Of a stretch of DNA of 64,000 bases, positions 30,026 to 41,453 are shown piece after piece. A model generated the notes under the pieces. The model searched no databases, was not told the DNA's origin, and saw only the letters and a program-made list of their open reading frames with translations. The stretch's first letter is position 1, and each line of letters starts with the position of its first letter. The DNA lies in assembly GCA_963794945.1 (NCBI GenBank), contig CAWCFT010000009.1:72139-136138 (forward strand). Reading direction: 5' to 3'. Position numbers and translations under genes: made by a program. This stretch comes from Endomicrobiales bacterium. GTDB lineage: Bacteria; Elusimicrobiota; Endomicrobiia; Endomicrobiales; CAWCFT01.

Positions 30026-30421
30026 CTAAGGATGTTCGTATTCTTTGATCCAGCACATGGCTTCATCCATCGACTTGAACACTATAGATTTCAGCGCTTC
30101 AGGGTCTTTCTGTATTGTTGCCGCGTAACCGGTATATACACGGGCTAAGCCGTACTTTAACAGGCCTGACACAACTATCAGGTCTATACAACCCCGCCTC
30201 GCTTTTCCGGAAACACTGACCTGTGTTCCAAGTTTTTTTATATCAACATTGTTAAGTTTACCTATTTCTGCCGCGGTAAAATCCCATATCGTGTACTTTG
30301 TAAGATCTCCTCTGTAGTACAAGTCTATCGCCTCTCTCAACTCTTCGTAGCTGATCTCCCCCTCCATAGTGTAAACAGCGATATCGAACTGAAGATCTTT
30401 CGATAAAATAATCTTTCCCAA
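30026..30421 (-). CDS. Hypothetical protein (STAS/SpoIIAA-like)
   Basis: 131-aa ORF with GAGGGG RBS; WDF..A, YGLAR.Y, VFKSMDEA..W. Confidence 0.5.
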   Translation of the reverse strand: MGKIILSKDLQFDIAVYTMEGEISYEELREAIDLYYRGDLTKYTIWDFTAAEIGKLNNVDIKKLGTQVSVSGKARRGCIDLIVVSGLLKYGLARVYTGYAATIQKDPEALKSIVFKSMDEAMCWIKEYEHP

Positions 30422-30597
30422 TCACCCCTCCCTTGAGACCGGCATGACTCAGTCGTTTTTCTATAAGGCAGTTGTAAAACTATAACAGATTTATCTTCAT
30501 TTTCAAGCGCTAAATAGCGATTTATGTGATATAATACATTCCCAACTTAATGTGGCTGTGCTAATTTGTGCCAATTTAAACAACCTAGGCGGTATAA

Positions 30598-32480
30598 ATG
30601 TCTCTGATCAGTTTACGCAATATCAGCATAACGTTTGACGGGCCTCCGATACTTGGGGATCTCTCCCTGGACATCCACAAGGGCCAGCGCATCTGCATTC
30701 TTGGCCGCAACGGCACGGGCAAATCAACGCTCATGCGAATTATAAACGGAGAAATTAAACCTGACTCGGGAGAGATAATAGTTTCACCAGGCTTGAAAAT
30801 CTCGTATCTGGCGCAAGACGTCCCGGAGAATATCACCGGATCGGTATTCGATGTTGTCGCGGCGGGCGCAGGCAAGATAGGCGAAAGCCTTGCCCAGTAC
30901 CATCACCAGCTTGAGAACCCGACTGATGATAACCTGCTTCACACCCTTCAGCACGAACTTACCGAGCACGACGGCTGGAAAATAGAGGCGGTGGTAAACC
31001 GTGTCCTGGAACAAGTACAGGTTAGCCCCGATGTAGAGTTTTCATCCCTGTCGGGCGGGATGCGCCGCAGGGTTTTTCTTGCCAGGGCCCTGGTCAGGGA
31101 GCCCGACCTTCTTTTACTTGATGAGCCCACCAACCACCTGGACCTCGAGTCCATCAAGTGGCTAGAAGATTTTCTGCTGTCCGCTCGTCTTACCGTAATG
31201 TTCGTTACCCACGACAGGCGGCTTCTAAAAATTTTGGCGACACGGATAGTTGAGATAGACCGCGGCAGGATAATAGACTGGAGCTGTGATTACACCACTT
31301 TTCTTGAAAGAAAACAGGCCGTTTTAGATAACGAAGAAAAAGCTAACGCTGATTTCGACAAAAAACTCGCGCAGGAAGAGATATGGATACGGCAGGGCGT
31401 AAAGGCCCGCCGCACCAGGGCTGAGGGCCGCGTCAACGCGCTCAAGAAAATGCGCGAGGAACGCAGGATGCGCAGGGACCGCACCGGCAATGTTTCCATG
31501 GCCATCAGCGCCGGGGACCGTTCCGGCGACAGGGTGCTTGAAGCAAAGAACGTGTCGTTCTCTTACGAAGACAAACCGATACTTAAGGGCTTCTCTTATT
31601 ACCTTACCCGCGGAGAACGTGTTGGAATTATAGGCCCCAACGGCTGCGGAAAGACCACGCTGCTTAATATTTTGCTCGGAAAACTCCAGCCCCAAAGCGG
31701 CCATATCGAGCTCGGCTCAAATGTGCTTACATTATATTTCGATCAGTTGCGCAAGGGCATAGACCCCGAGAAGACCGTTTGGGAGAACGTGGCCTCCGGC
31801 GGCGACAACGTGTACATAAACGGAAGGCCCCGCCATATAATAAGCTACCTTCAGGATTTCCTTTTCACGTCAGAACGAGCCAGAACCCGCGTTAAGTGGC
31901 TCTCCGGCGGCGAACGCCACCGCCTCTTGCTCGCCCGTTTGTTCACTATGCCTTCGAACCTGCTGGTTTTCGATGAGCCTACGAACGACCTTGATACCGA
32001 AACTCTCGAACTTCTCGAAGAGGTCCTTCTGCAGTACGAAGGAACACTGATAGTTGTAAGCCACGACCGCGAATTTCTAAATAACGTAGTGACCTCGGCC
32101 CTGATATTCGACAACGGCCGTATCAAAGAGTATATCGGCGGTTATGATGATTGGGAGCGCCAGATAACTCACGCGGCCGAACAGGAGAAACCGGAGCTTG
32201 CCCCCCAAAAAAAACCCGCCCCGCGCAGCCGGCGGCAAAGGGCCCGAGAAAGATGTCTATGAAAGAAAAGCGCGAATTCGAAGCCATGCCGGCCGTTATC
32301 GACGCTCTTGAGGCTGAACAACACAATATCAACGCTCAACTGGCTGATTTTACTCAGTGCCAGAAACCCGGCTTTGTCACGCAGTCAAAAACCCGCCTTT
32401 CGGAAATTGAATCGGAACTCTCTAAAACATATTTGCGCTGGGCCGAACTTGAAGCTCTTTCCAAAGACAAGGCAAAATAA
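30598..32480 (+). CDS. uup: ABC-F ATPase Uup (C-terminal frameshift)
   Basis: Two ABC cassettes, LAQEEIWIRQGVKARRTR linker, C-terminal KMSMKEKREFE...YLRWAELE. Confidence 0.9.
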
Positions 32481-32608
32481 TAGGGCGGTTTTATTTGGAC
32501 CTGGCCCACACCTCAACAACAACAACATCTACATCAACTTCCACTTCTACTGCTACTGCTTTTGAGCCTGGCCCTATGTCTCTAATAAAACCGCCCGTTA
32601 TATATCTT

Positions 32609-33283
32609 TTATCTTCTTAAAATGCTTAATGAATTACCGCCTTGCGACAGCGTTTCAAGGAACAAAATACCGCTTATCGCCAGCAGCCCCGAAAGCGCGA
32701 GTATCGTCGGGTTTATACCAATAACCGCAAGCACCCCTACCGCAAGCGCTCCGAGCCCGCCCAGTGTCCTGATGTCCGCCGATGCGGCCGATATCGATAT
32801 CATCACGTTTTTAGCGAACTGGTTCTTCATCGTCCTGCTCGCCTGCAGGGAATTGATCATCGCTATGCTTCCCGCGCCAAAAGCTATCGCCGCGCCGAAT
32901 ATTATTACCGCGATAGAATTGAGCGCCATCGAATTAATGCCCAACAGGGCTATAATCCCAAGCGTCACGCCGCTTATGCCCGCGATAGTTTCAACCGAAG
33001 TTCCGCCTGGCGTAATACTAAGGTCCGCCGCGCTCTCGCCTATATCCTGCACTATTGAAGAAAACCTTCCCATAACAGCGCCCGCCTCTATTATCAGGCC
33101 GGCTCCCAACGCTATCGACGCGATAGATAGCATCATCTCCGGAAGAGCGCCTGCCAGGCCAATTATCGCTATCACTCCGGCTGCAAGCCCAACGATGCCT
33201 TCCATCATCGAACCTCTCGCGATGGTTTTACTCTGCCTTCTTTCAACAAGAACTTTTTCCAACACCTGCTGATTAGTCTCCAT
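32609..33283 (-). CDS. Gly/Ala-rich membrane protein
   Basis: Repeated hydrophobic hairpins. Confidence 0.6.
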   Translation of the reverse strand: METNQQVLEKVLVERRQSKTIARGSMMEGIVGLAAGVIAIIGLAGALPEMMLSIASIALGAGLIIEAGAVMGRFSSIVQDIGESAADLSITPGGTSVETIAGISGVTLGIIALLGINSMALNSIAVIIFGAAIAFGAGSIAMINSLQASRTMKNQFAKNVMISISAASADIRTLGGLGALAVGVLAVIGINPTILALSGLLAISGILFLETLSQGGNSLSILRR

Positions 33284-33435
33284 TGTATCCCCCTATCATT
33301 GAATTTGTGCCCGCGTTCTACACAATTATTGTTTATCAAATATTGTTTAAAATATCACTGATCTGTTTGAACCAGGCACTGCCATATTTCCACCGCCATA
33401 ATTGAGCCCTCATCGACAATTGAAACCTTCAATTT

Positions 33436-33523
33436 TGTCATTTCGATCCCGTATGAGCGGGAGAGAAATCTTCCCTGTTGTCATAGACAAGATCCCTCTC
33501 CGCCTCTGGCGGATCGGGATGAC
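33436..33523. repeat. Palindromic REP/MITE-like element (GTCAT...ATGAC family)
   Basis: Same family as 35712-35786 and 38649-38740, in opposite orientation. Confidence 0.75.
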
Positions 33524-33593
33524 CAACACCTAACTTAATTGGAAATACTCTTTAAGGCATGACATGCTTGCAAGGATTTTTTAACTTTTTAAT

Positions 33594-35342
33594 TTATATT
33601 TTAACGGCTTCGGCCGTTGGCTTGCGTTCCACTATCGCTCTCGCGGTGCCGAATATGTTTGTGATGTTGCCGGACATATCAATTTGCGACTCGCCCTTCA
33701 TAATAACGTACTTCTCGGAACCGTCCCGCAGTATTACCCGCACTATCTGGTTGAACGGCAAAGTCCCTGGAACACCCTCAAAAGGTTTCTGTATAACGTT
33801 CCAATCCCCGTGATGTATAATCCCCCTAAGATCTCTTACGGTCATCTTGGTCTGCCCCGGGTCGACACCTAAGACGGCTGCCATCTCGCTTGATATGGAC
33901 ATGGTTCTGAGTATTATTGTCAAAGCTCCAGCTTCCGATGTGTTCTCTTATAAGCGACATCTCCAGCAGCTCGTTCTTTCGCCTCACTGCTTCGTGCCTG
34001 TCGATGTGCGCGGATATATCCCTTACCGTCTCGATGTAATATTCGTTCCATTCCATTATGATCTGTTGCGATTTTACTTCCGCTGGAAATGTTGTCCCGT
34101 CCTTTCTCTTATGCACCGCTTCGTAACAAGCGCTGCCTTTTCCCTCACTCTGTTAAAATCACCTTCGCAGTACATTACAGATTCTGACGCCCTCAGGTCT
34201 TTTAGGGTTTTTTGCATCATCTCTTCATGAGTGTACTGGTAAGTCTTAAGCGCCATGTCGTTGGCTTCGATAATATTTTGTTCCTTATCATAGATCAGCA
34301 TTATTTCATTGGCGTATTTGATTATCGAATCATATTTTCTTGATAAGAGCCTGTGCCCGGCTTCGGCCTTGTATAGCGCCCTGTAAAACATACTTATTTG
34401 CTGATGCAATATGAGCCCCATCAACCCGCCGATCCCTATCAGAATACTTGCGACCAGAATGCCAACCGCTAACCCGCGCGCCCGCACAGGGCCGTAAACT
34501 TCTTCCGCGTCCATTTTTGCCATCAGGCTCCAGTCAGTATCAGGTATGGTTCTTGAAAAAGCGAACACCGGTATCCCCCTGTAGTCAACACCTGCCACTA
34601 CATTATTATTATTTGAGGATTCGGCGATAACTGCGGCTGCCGGTGCGTCTAAAGATATCCTGAACGTCAGAGCCGCGTTCTTTTGGTATTTAAGTTCGTT
34701 TAAGAACACCTCTTTCCCGTCTTCCTTTTCCATTAAGATCGTCTCGCAGCTTTTAACCGATTCGGGACAGTATCCCTGAATGTACGGATATAGGAATTTT
34801 TCCGGGTCTATCTTTAACACTACCACGCCTATGGTTCTTTTTTTCGCCCGGATGGCCTCGCTGATAGGCACATCGATATCTATTCCAATAGAGCCGTCAT
34901 GTTCGTTTTTATAAAGGTCTGAAAACTTGATCTCGCCGTTCCTAATTGCCTCCAGCGCTTGTATCTCTTCATATTCATTTAACGGCACATACCGGCCATT
35001 CTGGCTAACGGACGCGATATTATTTAGTGAAACATCTACAAGAGACATGCTTGCGTACTCCGGCTTCCAGTTAATTGATTTTGTGTATTCATAAAATGAC
35101 CTGTCCCTTTGCCTCTTTTTAGAGATATCTTTTATCTCGCGCAGCATAACGGGGTTAAAATACAGCCTTCCCAGCTCAACAGCGTCATCCATGCGTTCAC
35201 GCCTCCAAGTCGATATCTGGTTCGCTTTCAGCGCAGCCAGGAGAACAAGGTCGTCTTTCTTTTCATTGACGATAGATCTTTTTTCCGAAATAAAATAATA
35301 ATATCCCGCGGCAAGGACAAGTATTGCCAGCAGGACATACAT
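33594..35342 (-). pseudogene. Cache/PAS sensor protein, frameshifted, no output domain visible
   Basis: TM, Cache (GVDYRG.PV), TM, PAS (RKDGTTFPAEV), second PAS; ends without kinase or GGDEF domain. Confidence 0.6.
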
Positions 35343-35711
35343 GGACAGCAGCTCGTTTTAGCGGCCGTCTTCAATGTTGTGTCCGTCTTTAATAATTCAT
35401 CTATATTATTAATTATATTCATGATGATCGTCTAGCCGGATCTTTAAGCCTATTATACAAACAACGGCAATTTTCAACGCTGGCTTATTTCATCATGATT
35501 CTGACTTAATTCTGTTGTTTTGATAAACCTGTCATTTCGGGCCTGCCAAAGGCGGGCGCGGCAATCTCGACGTTGCGAAGATTCGCCGGAAGACACTTGA
35601 TTGGTGATAGTTCCATAAATGACTGGGATTTACCTGAGGGTTATTGTAGTATTTGGCTGGAGTTGGGGGGTGTGTTACTGTATCGTTGTCATCTCGAATC
35701 CCGCTATAAAT

Positions 35712-35786
35712 TGTCATTCCGATCCGCCAGAGGCAGAGAGGAATCTTAAGATTTCTCCCCGCCTATTCGGCGGGATCGAAATGACA
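35712..35786. repeat. Palindromic REP/MITE-like element (GTCAT...ATGAC family)
   Basis: TGTCATTCCGATCCGCCAGAGGC...CGGGATCGAAATGACA. Confidence 0.75.
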
Positions 35787-35808
35787 GAGTTATAGCTCTT
35801 ACGAGATT

Positions 35809-36624
35809 TTACCGGAGAGGATTTGCCCTGAAAGCGTAGTAGAAACCGTCCCTGGCCTCAAGTTTAATGGGCGTGTTGTACAGTTCGCTTATCTTTTCGC
35901 TGGTCAGTATATCTTGTTTCGCTCCGTCTATGGCTATCTTTCCGTTCTTCATGAAAACCACCCTTGTTATCTCTGGTATAATGTCTTCAATGTTCTGTGT
36001 AACAAGTATCACGCTTATACCGGATTTCGCCAGCTTGCTGAGTATGTCGGTAAATTTAAAGAGCGCGTGAGGGTCAAGGTTATTCATGGGCTCATCGAGT
36101 ATCAGCGCCTTTGGTTCGTGCACCAGCGCCCTGCCTATCAAAAAACGCCTCGCCTCACCCGAAGACATTTCATCCATGTCCTTATCCTTCAGATGGGCTA
36201 TTTCCAGGAAGTCCATGACCTCTTTAACTTTCTTTTCCATTTCCGGCGTCACCGGCTCTTTATATATGCCGATACTGCTGAAAAAACCGGAAAGGATAGT
36301 CTCAAAACCCATCACGTCCCTGTCGCACTCGTGCTGCAGGTCGCTCGAAACAATGCCAAGTGTGGAACGCAGGTCAAAAATATTCCATTCGTCCTGTCCC
36401 CATATCCTGGCGCTGTATTCTTCTTCTTTGTACGAAGGGTAATGCTGCCTGGTTATAGTTTTTATCAGCGACGATTTCCCCGCCCCGTTCGGGCCCAATA
36501 TCGCAACATTCTCGCCCTGATTGATGGTTATTGTTATCGAATCCAGCACAACGCGGTTAACATTTTTTAAAACCGTAATATTCTTAAACTCAATTAAAGG
36601 CCTTTTGTTTGTATCAGTTGTCAT
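35809..36624 (-). CDS. ABC transporter ATP-binding protein (ModF-like)
   Basis: GPNGAGKS, MSSGE, LILDEP. Confidence 0.85.
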   Translation of the reverse strand: MTTDTNKRPLIEFKNITVLKNVNRVVLDSITITINQGENVAILGPNGAGKSSLIKTITRQHYPSYKEEEYSARIWGQDEWNIFDLRSTLGIVSSDLQHECDRDVMGFETILSGFFSSIGIYKEPVTPEMEKKVKEVMDFLEIAHLKDKDMDEMSSGEARRFLIGRALVHEPKALILDEPMNNLDPHALFKFTDILSKLAKSGISVILVTQNIEDIIPEITRVVFMKNGKIAIDGAKQDILTSEKISELYNTPIKLEARDGFYYAFRANPLR

Positions 36625-36764
36625 TTTTTGTTCCTTTAGTTGGGATCGTAGCCGTGTAGTCCCCCCTCTTTTGTTTAAAGAGGGGTCGGGGGAGTTTAGG
36701 CATGTAACTTCAAACCGCAACCTGGAAATTCAAGGTCGATATTCACGTTCGGCTTAGACCTACC

Positions 36765-38570
36765 TCATTCAGCATACGTCCTTATAACTTCCGTAAAAAC
36801 CGCTCCGTACTCTTTTTGTTTCGCGGCTCCCACTCCAAAAACCGTGGCGAACTGCTCTATGGTTTTCGGTTTAATCACCGCCATATCCCTCAACGTCTTG
36901 TCGCTGAATATTATATAGGCCGGCACGTTCTTTTTTCCGGCAAGCTCTGTGCGCTTTGTCCTTAGCACATCGAACAGCTTTTGGTCGACGCCTTCCCACT
37001 CCTGCGACCGTTTTGAACGCCTTTTCTTTTCAATGTCTTTCTTCTTGGCGGCCACGACGGGTTTCGCAAGCACAGGCGTTGCCTCGCCCCTCATAACTGC
37101 CCGTCCGCTTTCGGTTATCGCAATTGTCATGAACTCGCCCTGACGAATAAGAAAACCCTGGCCTATCAACTGCTCTATCATAAACCTTATGAAAACTTTA
37201 GTTTCGCCGCTCATGAGCCCGAACGTGGAAAGCTTGTCGTGGCCTCTCTGCTCTACAGCCGCGCTGGCATTCCCTTTTAGTATATCCGCGATGTAGTCCG
37301 CCCCAAAACCTTCGTGCACCCTCGCCACGCAGGAAATTATCTTTTGCCCTATAACAAGCGGCTCGTCGGCCATATCCACTTCCCCCAGACAGAAATCGCA
37401 CGCGCCGCAGGTTTTGTTCTTGTATTCCTGGGCGAAATAGTTCACCAGGTACTTATGCCTGCACTCCGGCCGCACGCAGAAGTTGTACATTGCGCCGAGC
37501 TTTTTTAAAAGCACTTCCCTGTCCGCCGAATCGTGAAGCATATACTCCCAGGTGCGGTAATCCGCCCCGGAGTAGAAAAGGTAACAGTCAGCGGGCAGCC
37601 CGTCGCGCCCCGCGCGCCCTGTCTCCTGCTGGTAGTGCTCTATCGATTTCGGCATCGCGGCGTGTATAACGTAACGTATGTTGGAACGGTCCACACCCAT
37701 CCCAAAAGCTATCGTTGCGACTATTATGTTGGTCTTCTCACGGGAGAATTCTTCCTGGTTCTTTTTCCGCTCGGAGTCGGACAGCCCGGCGTGGTACGGC
37801 AGGTTGTTGTAGCCCAGGCTGTTAAGCTTTCTGGATATCTCGTCCACATCGGCGCGCCTTAAACAGTATATTATACCGGGCTCGCCTATGTGCTTCTCAA
37901 TGGTTTCCACAATCTGCCCCACCGCCGTGCCTTGGCGCTGCAATATCCTGTAGTTGAGGTTGGGCCTGTCAACGTTGCCGACATAAATATGAGGTTCAAC
38001 AAGGTTTAGCTGCGCCACAATATCTTCCTGCACCTGCACCGTAGCCGTCGCCGTGAACGCGTGTACGCTGATATTGCTGAACTCTTTCTTTATCATGCCA
38101 AGCATGCGGTATTCCGCGCGGAAGTTGTGGCCCCAGTGGCTGATGCAGTGAGCCTCGTCTATAACAAAGAACGATAGCTTGACGCTTTTTAAGAGCTCAA
38201 TAGTGTGTTCGGACATCAGGCGTTCGGGAGAAATATAGAGAAGCTTCAGCGCGCCCGCCCTTATCTGGTCAACAACGGCCTGCTGCACTTTCGCTGTAAG
38301 GCTAGAGTTGAGGCATTCGGCGGAAATACCCATATCCTTAAGGTAATCCACCTGGTCTTTCATAAGCGATATAAGCGGCGATATTATAACAGCCATCCCG
38401 TCAGATATAATTGCCGGCAGCTGAAAGCAAACCGACTTCCCGCCGCCCGTGGGAAGTATGGTCAGCGTATCCTTTTCGTCCATTATCGAAAGGATAGCCT
38501 CTTCCTGGAACGCCCTGAAAGTGCTGTAGCCCCAGTATTTTGAAAGTGTTTGTAGTATGCGGTTTTTCAT
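36765..38570 (-). CDS. recQ: DNA helicase RecQ
   Basis: PTGGGKS, DEAHCISHWGHNFR, ATIAFGMG, QETGRAGRDG, RQC and HRDC domains. Confidence 0.95.
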   Translation of the reverse strand: MKNRILQTLSKYWGYSTFRAFQEEAILSIMDEKDTLTILPTGGGKSVCFQLPAIISDGMAVIISPLISLMKDQVDYLKDMGISAECLNSSLTAKVQQAVVDQIRAGALKLLYISPERLMSEHTIELLKSVKLSFFVIDEAHCISHWGHNFRAEYRMLGMIKKEFSNISVHAFTATATVQVQEDIVAQLNLVEPHIYVGNVDRPNLNYRILQRQGTAVGQIVETIEKHIGEPGIIYCLRRADVDEISRKLNSLGYNNLPYHAGLSDSERKKNQEEFSREKTNIIVATIAFGMGVDRSNIRYVIHAAMPKSIEHYQQETGRAGRDGLPADCYLFYSGADYRTWEYMLHDSADREVLLKKLGAMYNFCVRPECRHKYLVNYFAQEYKNKTCGACDFCLGEVDMADEPLVIGQKIISCVARVHEGFGADYIADILKGNASAAVEQRGHDKLSTFGLMSGETKVFIRFMIEQLIGQGFLIRQGEFMTIAITESGRAVMRGEATPVLAKPVVAAKKKDIEKKRRSKRSQEWEGVDQKLFDVLRTKRTELAGKKNVPAYIIFSDKTLRDMAVIKPKTIEQFATVFGVGAAKQKEYGAVFTEVIRTYAE

Positions 38571-38648
38571 GATTTGTTAAACGGCGGGATCATCTGCGGT
38601 ACAAGTATAATATCTATTTATCGTTGTCATCCAGAACACCACTTAAAT

Positions 38649-38740
38649 TGTCATCCCGAATCCGCCAGAGGCGGAAGAGGGATCTTGTTGTTGTACTACT
38701 GAAGATTTCTCTCCGCCTATTAGGCGGAATCGAAATGACA
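38649..38740. repeat. Palindromic REP/MITE-like element (GTCAT...ATGAC family)
   Basis: TGTCATCCCGAATCCGCCAGAGGCGG...GGCGGAATCGAAATGACA. Confidence 0.75.
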
Positions 38741-38984
38741 ACTGTAACTAAGCGTCTAGTTGTAGTTTATCGACTCATCTCTAGTAAGTATATTAGTATT
38801 TCGTCCCCCCCCCTTGTCAAGTTTTCCGCTGCAGAGCAATTTATCCCAGATTTTGTAATATGCATAAACGCTGTTGTAGCGGCAGAGCTTGCTCTGCCGG
38901 TTGACGTGAAAGGTATAAAATCAAGCTTGATTATCTGTAGTGCTTATAAACTTACTTCAAAAACCGCTTCTCTTCCGCGCCGTT

Positions 38985-40070
38985 GTCAGCTTCCTTTGCC
39001 AGCTCAAACTCCCCTACGATCTTCATAGCCATTGTGGCCTCCTTTCAGCCCTGATACGCCTTCATCCATCAGACTGTGCCGTAAATATTATGCTTCCGCA
39101 TAGCTTCACTTTATGCTTCCTGAATAGCTTCACTTATGCTTCCAGTTTAGCTTCCATTTCAGCTTCTTTTTTCTTCCATACTTGCTTCCAGTCCAGCTTC
39201 CATTTTAGCTTCCGTTCAGCTACCAATCCAGCTTCCTATTTGCTTCCAGCTAAGCTTCCTCTTAGCTTACAATCAAGCTTCCACTTAGCCATAGACACGC
39301 AATCAAAGCGGTATTGGATGTATTTTGTTTTCCTTCCTCGCCCTGTACGGGTAAGACTTTGGGCCTTGAGGAGTTGATTATTAACTCCGAAAAGGAAGAG
39401 GATTGAGGTGAGGGTAAGTTTAGCCAAATTTCAGTTTCCACTTTAGCTTCCTATTTGCTTCCAGTTAAGCTTCCTTTTAGCTTCCAATCCAGCTTCCGTA
39501 TTGCTTCTATTTGTCTTCGCGAGTCCACCACCAAAGGCTGATAAACTCCGGGACGCCTGCCCGCCGAAGATTCAGTGGCGGGTGGCGATCTCGCTGTTCG
39601 CCTTCGTAATATTTTAGTAAAGCAGCCTTAATTTAGCCAGTTTTCAGCTTCCATTCCAGCTTCCTTTTTGCTTCCAGTTTAGTTTCCATTTCAGATTCTC
39701 TTTTGCTTCCATACTTGCTTCCAGTCCAGCTTCCATTTTAGCTTCCGTTCAGCTACCAATCCAGCTTCCGTTTTGCTTCTATTTGTCTTCGCGAGGCCGC
39801 CTCTGGCGGGCGTGGCGATCTCGATGTTCGCCTTCCTTTCAGCTTCCAGATAAGCTTCCTTTTTGCTTCCAATCCAGCTTCAGTTTTACTTCTATTTGTC
39901 TTCGCGAGTCCGCCTCAGGCGGACGTGGCGATCTCGATGTTCGCCTTCGAAATATTTTAGTAAAGCAGCCTTAATTTAGCTAGTTTTCAGCTTCCATTCC
40001 AGCTTCCTTTTTGCTTCCAATCCAGCTTCCATTTATGCTTCCCGATATGCTTCCGTATCTGCTTCCTTTC
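38985..40070. repeat. Degenerate tandem array of GCTTCC-N5-6 units with internal block duplications
   Basis: Dozens of GCTTCC/GCTTC cores at 11-12 bp spacing; duplicated blocks. Confidence 0.85.
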
Positions 40071-40503
40071 AGGCATAACCTACAGCCCCATAAGCCCTGT
40101 TTAAATAAGTAATATTCACTCATAATACAATATATTAATGTATTTGGTATAGGCAAACGCTACGGTGTACCTAAAGTGAATACTTTGGTGAATATTTGCG
40201 CAATTAATAACGCTTGTACGCGGATGGTTAGCGCAATACAATTTGCACAAATATTAATAACAGATTTTTTGGTATTTTCAAGGGTTTGAGAGTTTAGAAT
40301 TGGAGATCGAGTTAGAGAGATCGAAGATCCGGAACAGTCGCCGACTATTTGGAGGCCGACAACGTGTCCGCCAAAGATGTTGGTGGAGTACGCCTCAGCG
40401 GCATGCCAGGCACATTTTACTTTAATTAATTACACTGTTGTCCCCATTTACATATTAAGCAAGCCTGACACCGAAATTCTTTACTATTACAATAGTTCAC
40501 AAA

Positions 40504-41151
40504 TTATTCCAATGTTATTTCATCTTGACAATAATTGCCTTTTATCTTAATTGGGGAATCTTGTGATAATTTAATTTCTATTGTTGGATATCCTGCTCCC
40601 ATTAAAGAATAGATTAACCTTGCCGACTTTCCATCCGGTGCAATTGTTTTAGATTTATCTCCGGCTATAAATGGCCCGGCAGCGGCATTGGGCCAAAAAT
40701 CAGTAATTTGTGCCTTTGTTTCTATTGGAAGAAAAATATCAAATTCAATTTGACCCAAAGGTTCATTTTTTAAAGGTTCAAATGAAAGAATCCAACTAAT
40801 GCCTGACGCTATATTAGTTTTACTTTGAGAATAGAGCTGAATTGTATTTGGTGCTGTATTTGTTTTAATTTCCTTAAGTTCCTTTTCGAGTGAATCAATT
40901 CTTTTATCTTTATCTTTAATCATCTCAATTAGTTCTGGTTTATCTAGGGAATTAAAATTATAATTATAAACATCTCCTTTTATCGTGTCGTGTTGACTTG
41001 CAATAGTCTCAACGTTCCCAGATTTTGTAATTCCAAACTGATTAACAGGCATAGTTTTCGCATTTTTACCATTCGCACATCCAATGATAAAAAAGCATAA
41101 AAAACAATATTTTAGATTCTTCACACTTTCCCTCCTATAACATATTTTCAT
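40504..41151 (-). CDS. Hypothetical AT-rich lipoprotein
   Basis: FFIIGC lipobox-like motif; markedly AT-rich ORF. Confidence 0.55.
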   Translation of the reverse strand: MKICYRRESVKNLKYCFLCFFIIGCANGKNAKTMPVNQFGITKSGNVETIASQHDTIKGDVYNYNFNSLDKPELIEMIKDKDKRIDSLEKELKEIKTNTAPNTIQLYSQSKTNIASGISWILSFEPLKNEPLGQIEFDIFLPIETKAQITDFWPNAAAGPFIAGDKSKTIAPDGKSARLIYSLMGAGYPTIEIKLSQDSPIKIKGNYCQDEITLE

Positions 41152-41453
41152 AAATATTTATACATTTTATGCGAGGATTTACAAGTTATAACACAAATTA
41201 GTGGTCAAATGCTTACACCAAAGTAATTGCTTTTATACAAATGGGGACGGTTCTAATTATTACCCCCCTTATCAGCGGATCATTCGCCCCTGCGAATGAA
41301 AAAACCACACCCGTCTTTCCGACGGCCACGGCCACTCGGGGCGTAATGTGGCTTATGTTTCAACAGCATTTCTCTCCCAATTAATATCAAATGCCATAGT
41401 AACGAGATTCTAACTCTTTTTTAGGGGTTTATCAAGGAATGAGGCAGGAACTG

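Noticed and set aside
32622..33272. Long plus-strand ORFs (here and at 49739-50494, 35914-36570, 58166-58807, 19249-19791)
   Set aside because: They are antisense shadows of well-supported minus-strand genes.
38985..40070. Possible CRISPR array
   Set aside because: The constant unit is only 6 bp with 5-6 nt spacers; there are no 25-40 bp repeats and no cas genes.
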